Part shown: one piece after another, positions 12,317 to 27,083 of the stretch
Layout: each line of letters begins with the position of its first letter
How positions within the stretch are numbered: position 1 is the stretch's first letter
NCBI GenBank assembly: GCA_002633005.1
Contig: NMRA01000810.1
Location: forward strand, 71,845 to 135,844
Source of the DNA: Phoronis australis
Taxonomy: Eukaryota; Animalia; Phoronida
DNA length: 64,000 nt
Reading direction: 5' to 3'
The notes under the pieces: generated by a model
The model's database searches: none
Told to the model about the DNA's origin: nothing
The model's input: the letters and a program-made list of their open reading frames with translations, nothing else
Program-made: the position numbers and the translations under genes

Positions 12317-15149
12317 TATTGTGTCAGGCTAATGGGAAGCCTTTTGCAGGAATGATACACCTACCTATTTGGTTTCCTATATATATAGAGAACACGAGTT
12401 GCATTGATTTTTGGAAAACACGCGAGAAGAGAGTTGAAGACTTTCTAAGGATACAACGCAAATTGCGTATTGAAGGTTCTGCCACTCATGTAATGTCACA
12501 AACAAGGAAACTAAAGCGAACCTTCAATAACGCAATCACTTCAGTTCATTTTTACTCGAAAAAAGAACTTCTCCGTGATAGTAAGTAGCAGCATATGTTA
12601 ATAAAACCAACGACAGATTTAATGCCGCTTTACATACATGTACATCAGCGTTTATTGAAACACCGTCATCAGAAGAAAAAATACAGTGGTCACCTTGCTA
12701 CGCACAACAACAAGTACATGTAGTGGAACACAGAAACCGTCATTTACAGGGGTGTTACAATACACTGGACTAGCAATGGCAACCTTTGGCGTCCCAGTTG
12801 CCTATTGACATTGAGTTTACACCAATTAATGGTTAGAGCCTCACGAATTTTAAGGTTCTTGTTGTTTCTGCTTGTTCTGTTATAGCAAAGTCATAGAAAG
12901 AGCATTGCTCATGACAATGACTGGAGCTCTGCAGATGAATATTAATGTGTGAACTTGTCTGAATTTAGATGTTCCCTGGTCCAGGTTTTCTAATGGCGAA
13001 CATCCATGTTGCACTGGTGTTCGATTTCAAGCACGTAAAGCGTGAACACAATTTAACAGGAAATCAATGCAAAAACAATCATTGGGATGGTAATACAGAC
13101 CCCCTAGTAACTGAAGATAACTAGACGTCACTGGTGTTTTGGTATATACCTATTCAGTCATTGGTTTCCTCTGATAGTATGCAGTAAACAAACCTCTTGT
13201 GTCGCAAATTCTTGGTCTGGTCCTTTGCAATCTTTCATGGTCCAACTTCGTGATTCATGGAGCTTTGCTTTTTTATTTAACACTCCAGCCCAGGTAAACA
13301 CGATTTGTTCCTGATCCTCCGCCCTCGGTTCCTTTCACACTGCTCCACTTTGTTTTCTTAAGTATAATTCATAATTTTGACTCTTCCTGTTTCGCATGAT
13401 TATTCTTATTCGAACTTATTTTTTCAATTCTCATCATTAATTTATTTATATAAAGGGGATCTTCTTGTTAGCTATCATAAGTCTTTAGTAGCCCCCCTCT
13501 TTATTTAAGTTGTAATTTTTAAGCGGCGTTTTACCTGTACATATATTTGTTAACGTAATTAAAAGTGTTACCCTCTATCCCCCTCTCTCTGTCGTCAACA
13601 TCATATTCCTGTCGGTCATCACATAGATGCGTATATGTATATACATAGCATTCTCTTCCGGCTGTTCAACGGCCTTCAACGGTCCTCTATGCCTAGTTCA
13701 TTAAAGAACGTCAAAGTTGTCAGTGCATACCAAAAATTCCCTCGGCTTTATCTCAAGCAAAGTGTCGAAATTAACGTTGAAGAATTTAAAACTAGGAACT
13801 ATTTCGCTGATCTGTCATCTCATATTACATTGTTGCAAATTTCATTAGCGATTTTCATCAAGCTTTGCCTTCAGGATTTTGTGACCGGTCCAGACCTTTT
13901 GCCATGTAGCAAAGAAATGACTTTTTTGAAATGATTCTCTTTATGAGTATGCAAGAACTGTGCATCTCGTTAGTATTCATCATGGAACTAGGGGAGTAGT
14001 ACTTTGTGATCAGAACGACCAGCAATTTGGTAAATTTGATTTTTCATTTTTGCCCACTCACTTATGGGATATTCTGTAGACACTCCTCTCAGATTGACTG
14101 CAATTCTTGCTCGTTTGCATTTTAGGGTTGTGTGTTTTGATCCTTGTTAACAAGTTGGTTTTGTATGTGTGGGGTACGAACTTTCTCATTGAGTACATGT
14201 ATGGACTTCTGATTAGAAAGGCCTAACATAATGACAACCCTAGTCTAATTTGCAACGTTGGGAATTTAGCAAACAATTTTCTTATGCTTGTTGTATTTCG
14301 TTGATTTTTTATTTTAATTTCTGCTACACATATTTGCTGGTTCTGTTAAATGTTGGCTTAAGATACAATTCCATTGTCAAAATCAATCAGTCGCCGAACA
14401 CCTGAGAATATACAACTTGTTTCACGACATGACATATTACGATTTCTCGAATAGCATCAATAACTATTTCATTCAGTTTGATTTTCGCTGCTGTTTTTCG
14501 TTGCAATTTTGTTTTCGTTGTTGTTGTTTTTCGATAAACATTATATCCGAGAAAAGTCTTTCTTTGCATGTAATTACTTAACGCACGCACTTTTATTCAA
14601 TACCGTATTCCATCTTTCTGTCATTGACATTGTGCGTGGCCAAATCTTTATTATACTATACATGTACTCTTGGCATCGTGAATGCTCTTTAACTTCATAA
14701 GATTCCATCCACTAGAAATGTATGAGAAAGCAATGGAAAGTTTTTGTTTTCACTGTTGAGTCAGATGTGTAAGAGATTGAAACAACTGACTGAACCACTG
14801 AGGCACCATTACAGCACTTCTATGTAGGCGAGAAAAGAGCGACAGAAAATTGACACGTCCTTTTCAAAATCAGACCTATTGCATAGCATTTTTGATTTGC
14901 CATATATATAGTTAACACTGACTTCTTTAAAAAAAACGAGAAAACACCTGTTGACTGGGCCAGATTACTTTGTAATAAATTGTATGGCGAAAAACAAGTT
15001 ACAAGGTTACAGTGCAAGCATTCGGTAAACGTTATTCCATTAAACACAAACGAGCGAAACCGAGCATCATTAAATGAATTGCTCGTATCTTTTTGTACTA
15101 TAATTAGTTCCTTGTTGACAGTTTCAAGGAAGTAATAGAAAAGCCGAGA

Positions 15150-15235
15150 CTAATTCTTCACTGCTGAATAGAAAACAGGGTAATTAAGGTGCTGGGTGTT
15201 AGTGGCACCAGTGTCTGTGCAACTCTTTCTGGTTC
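15150..15235 (-). pseudogene. Orphan diverged paralogue of gene A exon 2
   Basis: TTTTCAG acceptor then GTRKSCTDTGATNTQHLNYPVFYSAVKN*, similar to ETTERCTDTGATNVQHFYYPGFYS; stops early and no partner exons were found. Confidence 0.65.
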
Positions 15236-18200
15236 CTGAAAACACTGAATGACAACAGCTCATTACGCAGACTGGGTCCTCTCTGGTCCAGTTCAAGCAC
15301 TGGTCATTCATCAGAAAGGCGAGAATGGGTTCGGATCTCCAGCATGGCTTGTGCATTTTTTTCAACCTCACCTTTCAAGCACTCTGTAAAGGGGAACACA
15401 ACAATTTTAGTTAAATTACAATGTTTCCGGAGTGGCGCATGTACATGTATCATAATTACGTAGAATTCGGGACAGTCTAATTAAGTTGGGTAGTTATCGA
15501 CAATAATAAAAAAGCAAAATGACATTAACAACGGTCGCTTTTCCATTATTGAAACAGACTAGCAAAAGCAAACATCATTAAATGACTTACTTCGATCCTT
15601 TCAAGTGCTATAATTATTTCCTTGTTAGTAATCATTATCAAGGAAGTAATAGAGTATTAGGTTATGATATATTTTTCTAACATGCAGTTTCGAAATCGTT
15701 GCAACATATACACTGTACATCTGGACTCATTTTGTTTCAAGGATAAAATTTTCCCACTTAGTCTGTTCTGCCAATATATTCGAAACATCTTGAAAATTTG
15801 TCGCCCGAGAGATATTTATATTGGCTTTCTAACGTCTGAGAATTCCATTTACTATTGTTTTGTCAGTGTTGTATTAAATTTAGTATAAGTCTGCAAAGCG
15901 CATACATCATGAGCAACTTTCGACGATGTTTTGATTTCATGTCACTGAAAACAAGATTTTTCTGAGAGTGGTCCAAGCACCATTGAAATAGATACATGTA
16001 CATGTAGCATAATCTAGGATTACTTCAATTTCGTGGTCAACCACTTGACCATTTTTGAAAACAACCTTCTTGTTTCCGCTAGAGTGAGCACGAAATCTCT
16101 TCAATCATTTGACACTTACATGTATAGACATTATAGACAGTAGCCCAAGAATTTTAAGTTTTTGCTCGAGGTGCCTCAATTTACAAGGCAGACTAGTACA
16201 GTTGCGCAAGGCTCAAACGACTACAGGGGCCCGGTGTCGGTCTATGTCGTACAGTAAAAAGCCAAATGATGAGTTCAGTACTAGTGTCAATGTAAAGAAA
16301 GGCCACCTTAGCTAAAGAATGTCACACTAACACTGTTTGTTTGTTGCAGTGTGCCACATTTGCCTCGACTCATCATTTTACGATGACGCTTCCAACATTA
16401 CGTTTAAAGTTGGTTTGGATGTTTTGAAAGAAGTACGGTTTCGTAGAGAGTTAAAACTGAATAAAATTGCGCTTGATTTTAATAATAAATTTGTGACGTG
16501 GAACTTTTTCGGGCTAGAGAATGGACGATGTGGACATTCCAAAGTTCTGAACACTAGGTTTGTGTTGCGATTGTGTTTGAGACTAATATCAACGACCAGA
16601 ATCCATTTTAGTTCAGATAAAAGCGATATGAGGCCAACATTGACCCAGACATAACTTCATTGCGCACTCACTACACGTGCGTAGAAAGATCCAAGTTTCC
16701 AAATGCCGACTTTTAGAAGAAAATATTTGCAATGTTCACAATGAAGATCTGCTAAGAAACACGCAGAATATACATGTATGTCACCATTAATTCAAATCAT
16801 GAGTTTCAGCTTGACACTTAAAAGTAATTAGGGTGATTTGTGTCGTTTAAAACGAATCAATGATATCACCAAAGTCTGATTGTCGTTTCCTTGCTTAACT
16901 TGCATTTGGAAAAGCTCTTCATTAATTAATACTGTTCAAACATTCAACAGTGTTGATCAATAACGAGTGTGCACTGCTATTGGCGAAAAGTTACACGTAG
17001 GCCTATCGATAAAAAAAATCCTTTTACTTGCCGGTACACACTTAACGTTTAATGCTACTACGGATATGTGATTGGTGTAACAGGTACAGTACCCCAATGA
17101 ATTTCTCTGGCCGGGGCCCCTTGACGGTTAAGTCGACCCTGAACATGAATAGTCTTGAGCTTGTACATTGTTGACGGAAACTGATGCATCTTAGCACAAA
17201 AATAAGCAAATTCTTTACAACAGGTGTTACTTGATTATACTATTCAATAAAATACACGGTAGGTCTAAACTGTGAGTAGAATAGTATGTACATGTACAAT
17301 GTATACGGATGTAAACAACATTCACACGGAAATAGGTCACGGCGGAGTTCTCACTGGTGGCACTGCATACTCTTCTCCTTATATGGAAATGTACTTCACC
17401 TTTCCACTGAAACAGTTCAAAAAGCTCAATTATGACTCAATTCTCGAGAAAATATACAAAGTTCTGACCAACGTCAAAGAGTTCATTCAGATACATGTAG
17501 CCATAGGTTTTGGATTGCAACAGAAAGAGTTAGTAAGTAGTACTCTGGCCTGAAAAGTGCAAGTTGAGAAACTTTTCACGGGAACCTTTTTCCCGTCACT
17601 GGTGTCTACATTTTTTAGACTTGAATAACCAGAGTTCTACGCAAAACTCATTCAAAGCTAATGTAAATGGATAGCACAGAAAACATATTTGTCTTGAAAT
17701 TAATTGGCCGTCGTCGCAACAGCTACTCGAAGAGTGAAAGATTTGTTAATAGTATTCAGAATCGCTTGATATTTTGCTCAGACACACATCGGTCACTGTC
17801 TCCATTTGTCTTGATGGGTGTATTAGTAGTCATTTTAGCGACTTGCAAACCCTTTTCCAAATTCAGAACCATTAACATATAAACACTCGTGACGGTTTTA
17901 GGTGTTACATAGGGATAGTCAAGCAGGAACAACATTTGAAACTTTTGTGGGTAGGCTGTAAAATATTAATTTTGCTTTTTTTGTTTAGAACCAATGGTAG
18001 GGCCGTAAGAAGAGGGGGCCCGGGGGGCGTGTCCCTCCAAAAACTTGCAGGCGTCAGGGTTAAACCATAGCAACCGACATAGGCTTGGGACCGGGGACAG
18101 TCTATAAAAAAGACTACGATTACGGATACATTATACAACTCAGTATCAGTGCATGGTTTACCCTTTTAGGGCCCTGGCCAAGAAACTGTTGTTAGGGTCT

Positions 18201-18984
18201 CCGATTTTGCAGCATACATGTAGATCGTCTTAACGCACTGGAAAACGTGCCCTTCAACATTTCACACATTATTTCGAAAAATCGAGAAACTTCGTAAAAC
18301 GAAGCTTTTGCGGAGCACATTAATTCACTGGACTTTAGATTCGATAAGACAGTTATCCAAATGCTTAAATGCAAGTATAATATTTTCCAGAGGCCCACTG
18401 CAAAGCAATATCAAAACAATCGACCCAAACAACCAAAAATGTGAAAAATACAATAGGATTGACCACCATCAAAAAATTGGAATTTTGAAGAACGTGAAGA
18501 TCACTATTTGTGTATTACGCAAAGAGGCTACTTCCTATGGTTAGTTATAAATAATGTTATTTTTCCAACAGTATCAAAAGAATAGTATTTCTTTTGAAGG
18601 TCGTTACTAGAAACTGTTTGTAATGAATTCACAAATGTCGAAAAGACTGGGAGCTATTATTTGTATACATGTCGAAGGTGATTACTCAAAGTACTTGCAA
18701 TAATAAACAAATATTTCAGCATTTTTGGAGTTCATGTTAAACTTGTGAATTGTTATAGGTACCTCGGAAATGAGCAAAAATACACCTTAATATGAATGCC
18801 CCATCCCTCATTTTCCCCGGGTTACCCGTTAAAAATCTGTGACCATTCCGTTTTGATAAAAAAAACTTCGTTGTTTTCTGTCTTACGTTTGTGTATGTAC
18901 GAAAACCGACAGGTTAATAGATGAGTTTTGGAAATAAGAAGCTAACATTTTAAGAAATGATGATGTTTCAGTGTATTTAGTTCA

Positions 18985-19185
18985 TGCCTGAATGACATGG
19001 TCCAGTGGGACAAGTATCCGCTTTCTTTACTCAAGGTCGAAGGCTCGAGTCATACTGGGGAACTGATTACCTGGAACTACATGTACATGTATTTGTAGAT
19101 AGTTCCAGGTAATCAGTGTAGTAAGACCACATGAGCGGCCTTCTCACGTATGGTACAACAGTGTGTACCAGAATGTACGGCAATT
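18985..19185 (+). mobile_element. Possible degenerate tRNA-derived SINE
   Basis: A-box-like TGGTCCAGTGG and B-box-like GGCTCGAGTC at tRNA-like spacing; no intact cloverleaf. Confidence 0.3.
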
Positions 19186-19329
19186 ATTTTGTTAAACCAA
19201 GCGAATTATTTACAATGCTGGTGACTTTCGGTTACGGGAAGGAGGCCTTTGTCGGACGACTACCGAGTGACAGTTCGTTTAGGACATCACCAGTGTCATG
19301 ATTAGACACTACAATTTACCGAAAAAACA

Positions 19330-19980
19330 ACACGTTGTCGGGTAAAGCTTATTTTAGTTTATAGCTCAAGAAATTGTACAATAAGAATGGCGAAACAGTC
19401 TTGCGTGTGTAATTCCGACAGCTATTATGCAGCTAGAGGAGAATATGTTGCCGTCATTTTGGACATCTCCTAATAAGCCGAAAAATGATACTGAAAGGTG
19501 CAAGCTGGCTCAGACTGTGTAGTCGGCCACACGACTAGCTGAAATTGGCAGTGTTGCTTGATTACTCGAAGTCTACACACGTGTACAAGCATTTCCAAGG
19601 ATACGCACATTCAGTCTGGTGGCTATATTGTAGGCCTATCTGATTTAGACTCTGGAGTTTCACTCGTCTGGCCTCCTTTTTCATGACACCTACTGCACCA
19701 CTTACGGCAAATTCCGATCATTAATTTGACTTAGCCGCAGCCCTAGACCTACCGGACCTAGCTGCTTGCCTAGGACCACATAGGTGTGAGTCTGAGCTAT
19801 GAATCTGAGATTTTAATAAAAAATTTCGCTCGAAAGATTAAAAAAGCATGGGCAGTGCTATCCACTCAACCTTTTTGCTAGGGGAATCCCATCAGTTGTG
19901 ACCTACTTTTCATTTGGAGGAATTAAGTAGACGGGAGAATAAAAATATCGATGAATCTTCACTGATTTTGTTCAAAATAT
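19330..19980 (+). mobile_element. Degenerate THAP-domain DNA transposon fragment, copy 2
   Basis: Colinear diverged match to 3590-4230 (gtgtgtaattccgacag, tgtaggcctatctga, gagctatgaatct, tgaatcttca). Confidence 0.6.
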
Positions 19981-22016
19981 CATGAAAGCTATGCCATCGT
20001 TCAGATCATTACGACTTCAAGGTACATGTACGTACCCAGCTTTACACATTTTAAACACATTGCATGAGTGGCCTTGTCATTTGCAGGTGTTCTTTGGATT
20101 ATCTCTGGCTCCAAAATACTTTTCTTCCAACATTTATTTTTTCAAAGTCACATTTACAAATTCTCGTATCATGAACGTTCGAATCACTGTTGAAAAGCAT
20201 CGCCTGTTGTCTTTGTCGAAGCGTTTTCGGATAGTCCAAAAAACACTCTTCGATTCCATCAGGAACGTGGTTCAGCTACAGTGCATTTGCCTCCGACATC
20301 TTGTTTGTTTGTAGGGTGTCACGTGACTTTTTGCGGGAAAGTCAATCTTGCAAATAATTTTAAATTCTCTCCAATGATAACTCATGGACTTATATCGTTA
20401 TAGCTAAATGTAGGAAAAATAAATCTCGTTAAGTATGTTATTCTACAAGCACAAACTCAGGGGTCTCGGGGGGCTCGAACAAACCCCCCATTTGGCGAAG
20501 TGGGCAAAACTGTCCGTCTCAGACAAACAAAAAGTCTATTAAAAAGGTAGGAATTCGGTGAATGCAGAATTCATAGCTCATAGTTTATTGTTTTTGTTAC
20601 AATCAAATCCAAGACGGTTGCCTTTTTGTTTCAAAAATCTCACTTGAACGCTTTTTAACATTCATCTTTTTCCAAGTCAACCTGTCTGATTCTACGCTGC
20701 TAAATCCTCATTATTTCCATCCTCAGCACCACCCCCACCACCATTTCCACCGTCATCAGCGTTGTCATCATGATCATCGTCGCCGTCAGTTATAGTCACC
20801 AGTACACTAACAGTAGCCCTGTTCTCGTAAACACATATTTTCCCCAGCGTTCTTCGTGGAGTATTGTTTCATGCAATCATTGTCGTTTTCATAGTCAACG
20901 ACAACGGCGTTGTTGGGTCGGGAATAAATTCGCCAATAGCGTTGGTTATGTCGTCATCTTGTTAGCACAGTTTTATTTCATTATAAATTTCGAAGAGTTT
21001 TCAGTTAGTGAAATATACAGTTAAGACGATGAACCATTCCATAATATTGAAAGATAGTTGAAAAATGAGGAACGGCCGTACGAGAATACAAAATTGAATC
21101 ACAAACTGAGCATTTACATGTACATGTACGCAACTAATGTGTCATTTCAACTTCGATGAACTTCCATTTTCATTTCGTAGCTTCTGAAATGGAATTTATC
21201 ATAGAAATACTTCTCCCGTGTTGACCATAGCACTGGAATATAACGGTGAAATCAGTCTGAAGTAAGGACTTTACCGCAAAAAAGCAGATTTATGTTAACG
21301 GCGAGGGAAAGTCGAGGACACTGGAAACAGATGATCGTGTCAGTAAAGAAACACATGCTCGATATTAGATCACAATTTCCTGTGAGCATTTTAGTTTCTC
21401 AGTGTCGAAATACCGGACGCATACTGTACATGTACATGTATGTAACAAATCGCTTTTGTTTGGCTTGAATTAGATTTTGCCTTATTTTCCAGGGGACGTT
21501 AGGTAAGCAATTGACCTGTTTATGGTGGCTCAGGTTAAAACTATTGAAGGCTAAGCAGCTGCTAATCGTGGTCATTTCAACGGGATTTGGATCGACGAGT
21601 TTGCCCAACTTGCATCCGTGTTTAAATAAATTGAACTCTCGAAAAACGTTTCCGCTCATATTTTAATACTAGAATACTCGAGAAATTACCACTAATAGTG
21701 TAGTCGAAAAATGGCACCCCGTGCACCACCGGACTTCAACTTTAAAGTTGGTATTTTATGAAGGAAATTATGGGTGAAAACGGAAAAATGATATTAACAA
21801 TGCCTCACGCATGTTTTTTATGCAAATTAGAGCCAGCATTACCAATTTTGCTATATTTCGCAATATCTCACATACTATTTCATATAGTTGAAAAAGCTAA
21901 ATGTCTGGGCTTATGTTCTGTGGGTCAAACATTACATCAGAACTACAAGTAAGTGATAAAAGTTATCTTTCAGATGCAGAACACTCAACATATGAAAAAC
22001 CACTACCGCGCCTTAA

Positions 22017-22577
22017 AGGATCATGCCACCCAAAAACAACCTATTTTGTATCAATTCAGATCGAGTAGTTCCACTCGATAACGCCACGTACGGTTGCGTT
22101 ACCTGACACCTGACGGCAGACGGAGGTGTTGAAATTATCCAATAACGTCATTGGTTTCACACGCAGTCTGTTTAGTAGTTCACAACACGCGTTACTAGTG
22201 ACAGCCCATCGTTTAACACCAATAAATCATCAAACTTCGATAATACACCGAGTTTTTATAAAAACGTGTTGTTTTATTTCGCTGTTACGGATTTATTGGT
22301 ATTTGGACACACCATAGCCTACAAAGTTCGGTAGGCCAATTTACCAAGGCCCGCTTTCCTCGCAGTTGCTTAGTTCGGACAAGCGGGAACCGATGTCCCG
22401 CAACATAGCGTCATTCACTTTACAAATGAACCACTGACATCGCTGCGTCGTTTCTCACCTTCCTCACAGGTTAACGTGACACATCTCGGCAAGGTAAGGT
22501 CGACCGTATGCTAGGCGATGTGGATATAGACTGATTAAGATGGTAAAAAGACTGATAAAATCGGGTGGCATTCTCCT
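22017..22577. mobile_element. Non-autonomous TIR element with TTAA target duplication (Kolobok-like)
   Basis: ttaa|AGGATCATGCCACCC ... GGGTGGCATTCTCCT|ttaa. Confidence 0.75.
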
Positions 22578-24426
22578 TTAAGATCTAGTGTCTTTCATCA
22601 CTGTACTCAGTCAGGTTGTTCACGAATCCAGTCATTTCGTTATCCTTTTAGCTAAAATTTATCAGTGACAAATACATGGCAGCCGATTGAGGAAAAAGCA
22701 GTGCTGTAGTAGGGCGTAGGCGCATGTAGGCGCAGCCAACCTTTTAGCATTTGAATGTAGCGCCTACGCACCGTAAGTTACGTTCAGTGGTTTTAAAAGG
22801 TGATACTATGGGCTTTGGGAGCCTACTTACATGTACCTCTAATTTAACCACTACACCACTGGGAAAAAGACGAAAAGCAAATTCTTGGCGCTATCCACTT
22901 TAAAAAATGTATACTTGACTTACTTTAAATCTAAAATTTTGCAGGTATGGGAACAAACACAAACTCGTCAATAGGGTCCTACATACTTTTTACAAAGTGG
23001 TGTACCCTTGAGAAGTGCTTGAAACCCCAGCGACTGTTGCCTGAAGCTTTATTTCATGTGTTATCGAGAGTTCTGGATTCAGATTAGCTTCCCGCATAAG
23101 AGCCGCGATAAAGCCAGGGAACCTTTGGACAAACCTTGAATATTTTAAGTGAACGAGGCATCTGCGAGCTACAGTTAAGTTCTGTACTTATGAGCAAAAT
23201 GATTGTTTTGAATCAACAAAGTGCATACTATGATAATGAATCTACGGATAAGTTTGCAGTAGTCGAATAAATTTCTCTGAATTCAATAAATGAAAACAAA
23301 ATACAAACAAAAAGGCTATTTTTGTAGGTTAAAGAAGGTGTTCTCCAAAACTCTGCTAGGATTTTTAAAAATGTTCCATTTTTGCATGAGAGACTAACCA
23401 CATTTTAAGAGTTGGTTTTTTTTCTGATTCTCGTTACATTTAGTCATGTGAAGCACGAGGGGTCCTGAAGTAATGATTGTAAAGATGGCCGAGTTGAGCT
23501 GACAAGAAAGTCTAATTGAGAGAAAAGTCTTTACAGTTATGAATTCACTAGTACAGTGTCTGCTGGAAATGTCCCCTTCGGCATCTCCAGTGTAAGCACA
23601 ACTCGAGTTTTTTGAAAAGTTTTAATGGTGTATTCTTGCAAAGGAAATACATAATATAATAAACTTTGAACTCGAAATACATTCCAAACACTAAAATGTA
23701 AAAGGCTCCAGTTTCCCTTCTTTGACAAAAGAGTGGCCACGGAAAGGCGTGGGACCACCTTGAAAACACATTTACAAAACTGAAAAATACGAAAGCATGC
23801 AGATTTTCATGCAGTCAGCGTTAACCAACAAGTGTTGAACATTAAAATCAATGAACTCGCATTTCACAAACAAACGCAATCCACTCACCTGGAACTTCCT
23901 GCTCTCAATTTACACCTAACTGCAAATACTTAAACGATAAACATCTGAGACATTGGAATAATAATAATATCATTTTCAGGCAATTTATTCCGGAAATTCG
24001 ACTCGAGACATATGAACATGCATAACATGGCAATGTGTTTTAGATAACACAGGCTACACATATCAAAATCTCTTTCGATACTAGCAGAAACGCCAGTTGT
24101 GTGAGCGGTTATAAGTGTCACGCTTGCGGACGCTTTGAGTTACTCCTACCCTGCTGGCGTTTTCGAACTCACATTGTAGTCAAGCCTCAACTTCAAACTA
24201 CATGAGCGCCCAGGATAGGCCTTTTTAGTTGCATTAAAGATAAGAGACATGGAGCGCCAACGCTCGCCAAAAATATCTTTTAACGATTCCTGACGAAGGT
24301 ACCATCTCGCAACATCTAGTTCAGAGTAATTCACTGTGAGAAAGTTTCAAGAAAAATTACAAAATTCATGGTCCTTGAAATACCAGCGAAGGAAAACTCT
24401 GTGGTTACTGCAGAGTTTTTAAGTAC

Positions 24427-26137
24427 TAGTCCACGAAAGCACCAACCATGAGCGGCAAGTTGGGGGTCAGCCGATTTTCACCAAATTTGGCACATATGTA
24501 GTCCTATGGGATCTATAAACAGCGGTAAAATATTTCCTCAAAATAGTTTGTTTTTCTAAAGTTATAGGTTCAAACACATTTTACGGTTTCGCAGCCATGT
24601 TTTCACGGTATAAAAACTGTCCAGTTTTAACTGTTCATATTTTTCCTTGAATGAAAGCTATTGATTTATTATTCACTTGGCATTGTTTAGTGGTGCCTAT
24701 AGATTGTTACACAGATGTCTTGAAACACGATTCCGATTTACCNNNNNNNNNNNNNNNNNNNNNNNNNNNNNNNNNNNNNNNNNNNNNNNNNNNNNNNNNN
24801 NNNNNNNNNNNNNNNNNNNNNNNNNNNNNNNNNNNNNNNNNNNNNNNNNNNNNNNNNNNNNNNNNNNNNNNNNNNNNNNNNNNNNNNNNNNNNNNNNNNN
24901 NNNNNNNNNNNNNNNNNNNNNNNNNNNNNNNNNNNNNNNNNNNNNNNNNNNNNNNNNNNNNNNNNNNNNNNNNNNNNNNNNNNNNNNNNNNNNNNNNNNN
25001 NNNNNNNNNNNNNNNNNNNNNNNNNNNNNNNNNNNNNNNNNNNNNNNNNNNNNNNNNNNNNNNNNNNNNNNNNNNNNNNNNNNNNNNNNNNNNNNNNNNN
25101 NNNNNNNNNNNNNNNNNNNNNNNNNNNNNNNNNNNNNNNNNNNNNNNNNNNNNNNNNNNNNNNNNNNNNNNNNNNNNNNNNNNNNNNNNNNNNNNNNNNN
25201 NNNNNNNNNNNNNNNNNNNNNNNNNNNNNNNNNNTTGTGCATTTCCCAAGAGTTTCCAAAGTTGTTTTTCTCCGCAATTTGTAGAAATACCACATTCGAT
25301 GCGACTGGCAGTGCCAGATAAACAGATAAATTCGCAAACCCGCACTTTAGGTCAGCCATCATTCAACTAACGCATTGTAAGCTTTAGTTTGGTATTCAGA
25401 CGAGTTGGATGAACAAATTTAGAATTATTTCATATTTTAGTGGGAAATGCTAGTGTCCTTAAAATTAATTAGAAACATTTAAGCAAACCAATTCCTTTAA
25501 TTGTTGTATTATACCACGGCCTATTAATGCGTAAAAACGGCGCACAACCAGTGACTGGTTTAACATGACAAATACACATACGCGGTCTGAAAATAGTGAA
25601 ATTCAGACACCTATTACCACGCTTGCCTGAAGGGCTGACAAAGTTTTTATTGTATTAATTTCAAGGGCATGGAGTCTTCTACATGTCTATGTTATTATTT
25701 TTAGTTTTCTCGCGGGGGCAGCTTCGCTATTAGGGCACAACTTACTGCTGGTTTTTCACAAGAAGGACATGTACCTCCACGGAAACAGTCCCAGTGTTAC
25801 CATGGTAACCGATATTTCAGTGTCGGTGACGTTTTTACTGACATTGGTCACGAACCTATCATGTGATATCAAAATTGTTCAGAAACGATTCTGTTTAAAG
25901 CAGAAACTGGAGTAGTAAATTTGGTAAAAAATGACTCATCCCACATCAAGAAATTACCTCATTTTGCCCCCCAGAACACTTCCCTTGTATCTCCTAAGCC
26001 ACCAAACTTTGTGGTGTCATACTTCACCCAATTTCTCTCATCCCTAATGTGATTTATCAGACTAAACATGGATCTGAATGGCTGACCCCCCACCTTGCCG
26101 CTTGTTGGCTGTACAGTGGTCGGTGGATCCGTGGACT
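24427..26137. mobile_element. TIR element spanning an assembly gap
   Basis: AGCGGCAAGxTGGGGGTCAGCC at ~24451 is inverted at ~26080-26102; outer AGTCCACG is also inverted. Confidence 0.55.
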
Positions 26138-26550
26138 GATACTTAATCTCCCTCCCACTTTTAATAAGTGCGAGCATGCACTCACAGGCAGTTGCTTTAA
26201 GTCGCTTGAGGTCAAAGATCACATTTCCCTTATACGGGAAATGTGCTACAACTAAGGCTTGCCTTAACAAATAAGGGGAAGTGCTTTGCCTTGCGGGAGA
26301 CAACTCAACGAAGTGACGAACAGTTGACAGGTCGTTTTCAGCAATTTAAAGTAAAATAAAATGCTTTGCTGTCAACTGAACTGAAAATTCGTTACGAACA
26401 AACCCTAAAAATACCTGATGAGCAGGTTGAATTCTGTTTCCGTGGTAGAGAACAGCTTTCAGTATCGCAATTTAGTTTGCTTATCTCGTTCCAGCTCTCT
26501 TTAATCGTCTTTTGTGGAACTGAGTTCACGTGTTTTGAAATCAATGTTCC

Positions 26551-27083
26551 AGGGAGGGAATCAACAATTGATCGGACTTCAAAACCCTTTGCCCGGACTT
26601 CAAAACAACTGGATGGACTGTACATGTAAAATCAAATGGTGGGTGTTCCAAATTTGGTGGTCAGAAATCAAAACGAGTTGGCCAGTACCGGCCTCGTACC
26701 AGATGGCCACAAAACAGTGGTTGGCCGTACCTAAAACGGGTTGGCCAGTGTTTAGACACAATGGCCGAACAAATCGCCAATTTGGAACAAAATAAACAAA
26801 CTGAGGTACCAAAATCAGCATCAGATGTCACTTGAGCGGAAACCTTCAAGGCGAGTCGCTGAGGAGCCGGTCCGGACGTCGTGTTTGATTACACGGACGA
26901 CTCAGTGGTTGTAGTACCGGCGTTTTGGATCCAGCCAACTAGATTTTGGGGGTGATGCCGTTGCGTTTTGAAGTGCAGACAACAGGTTTGATCACCGGTC
27001 GTTTGGTTCTGCAGTCCAGCCGACTGGTTTTAAATTCCTGGAAGTGGTTTTGAAGTCCGACTTACCAATTGCTGATAACCCCT
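26551..27083. mobile_element. MITE-like foldback element
   Basis: Imperfect inverted ends caattg..tcggacttcaaaacc / ggttttgaagtccga..caattg. Confidence 0.6.

Noticed and set aside
24651-25370. Long ORFs across N-runs (also 42255-43453 and plus-strand 55117-56085)
   Set aside because: Artefacts of translating assembly gaps.
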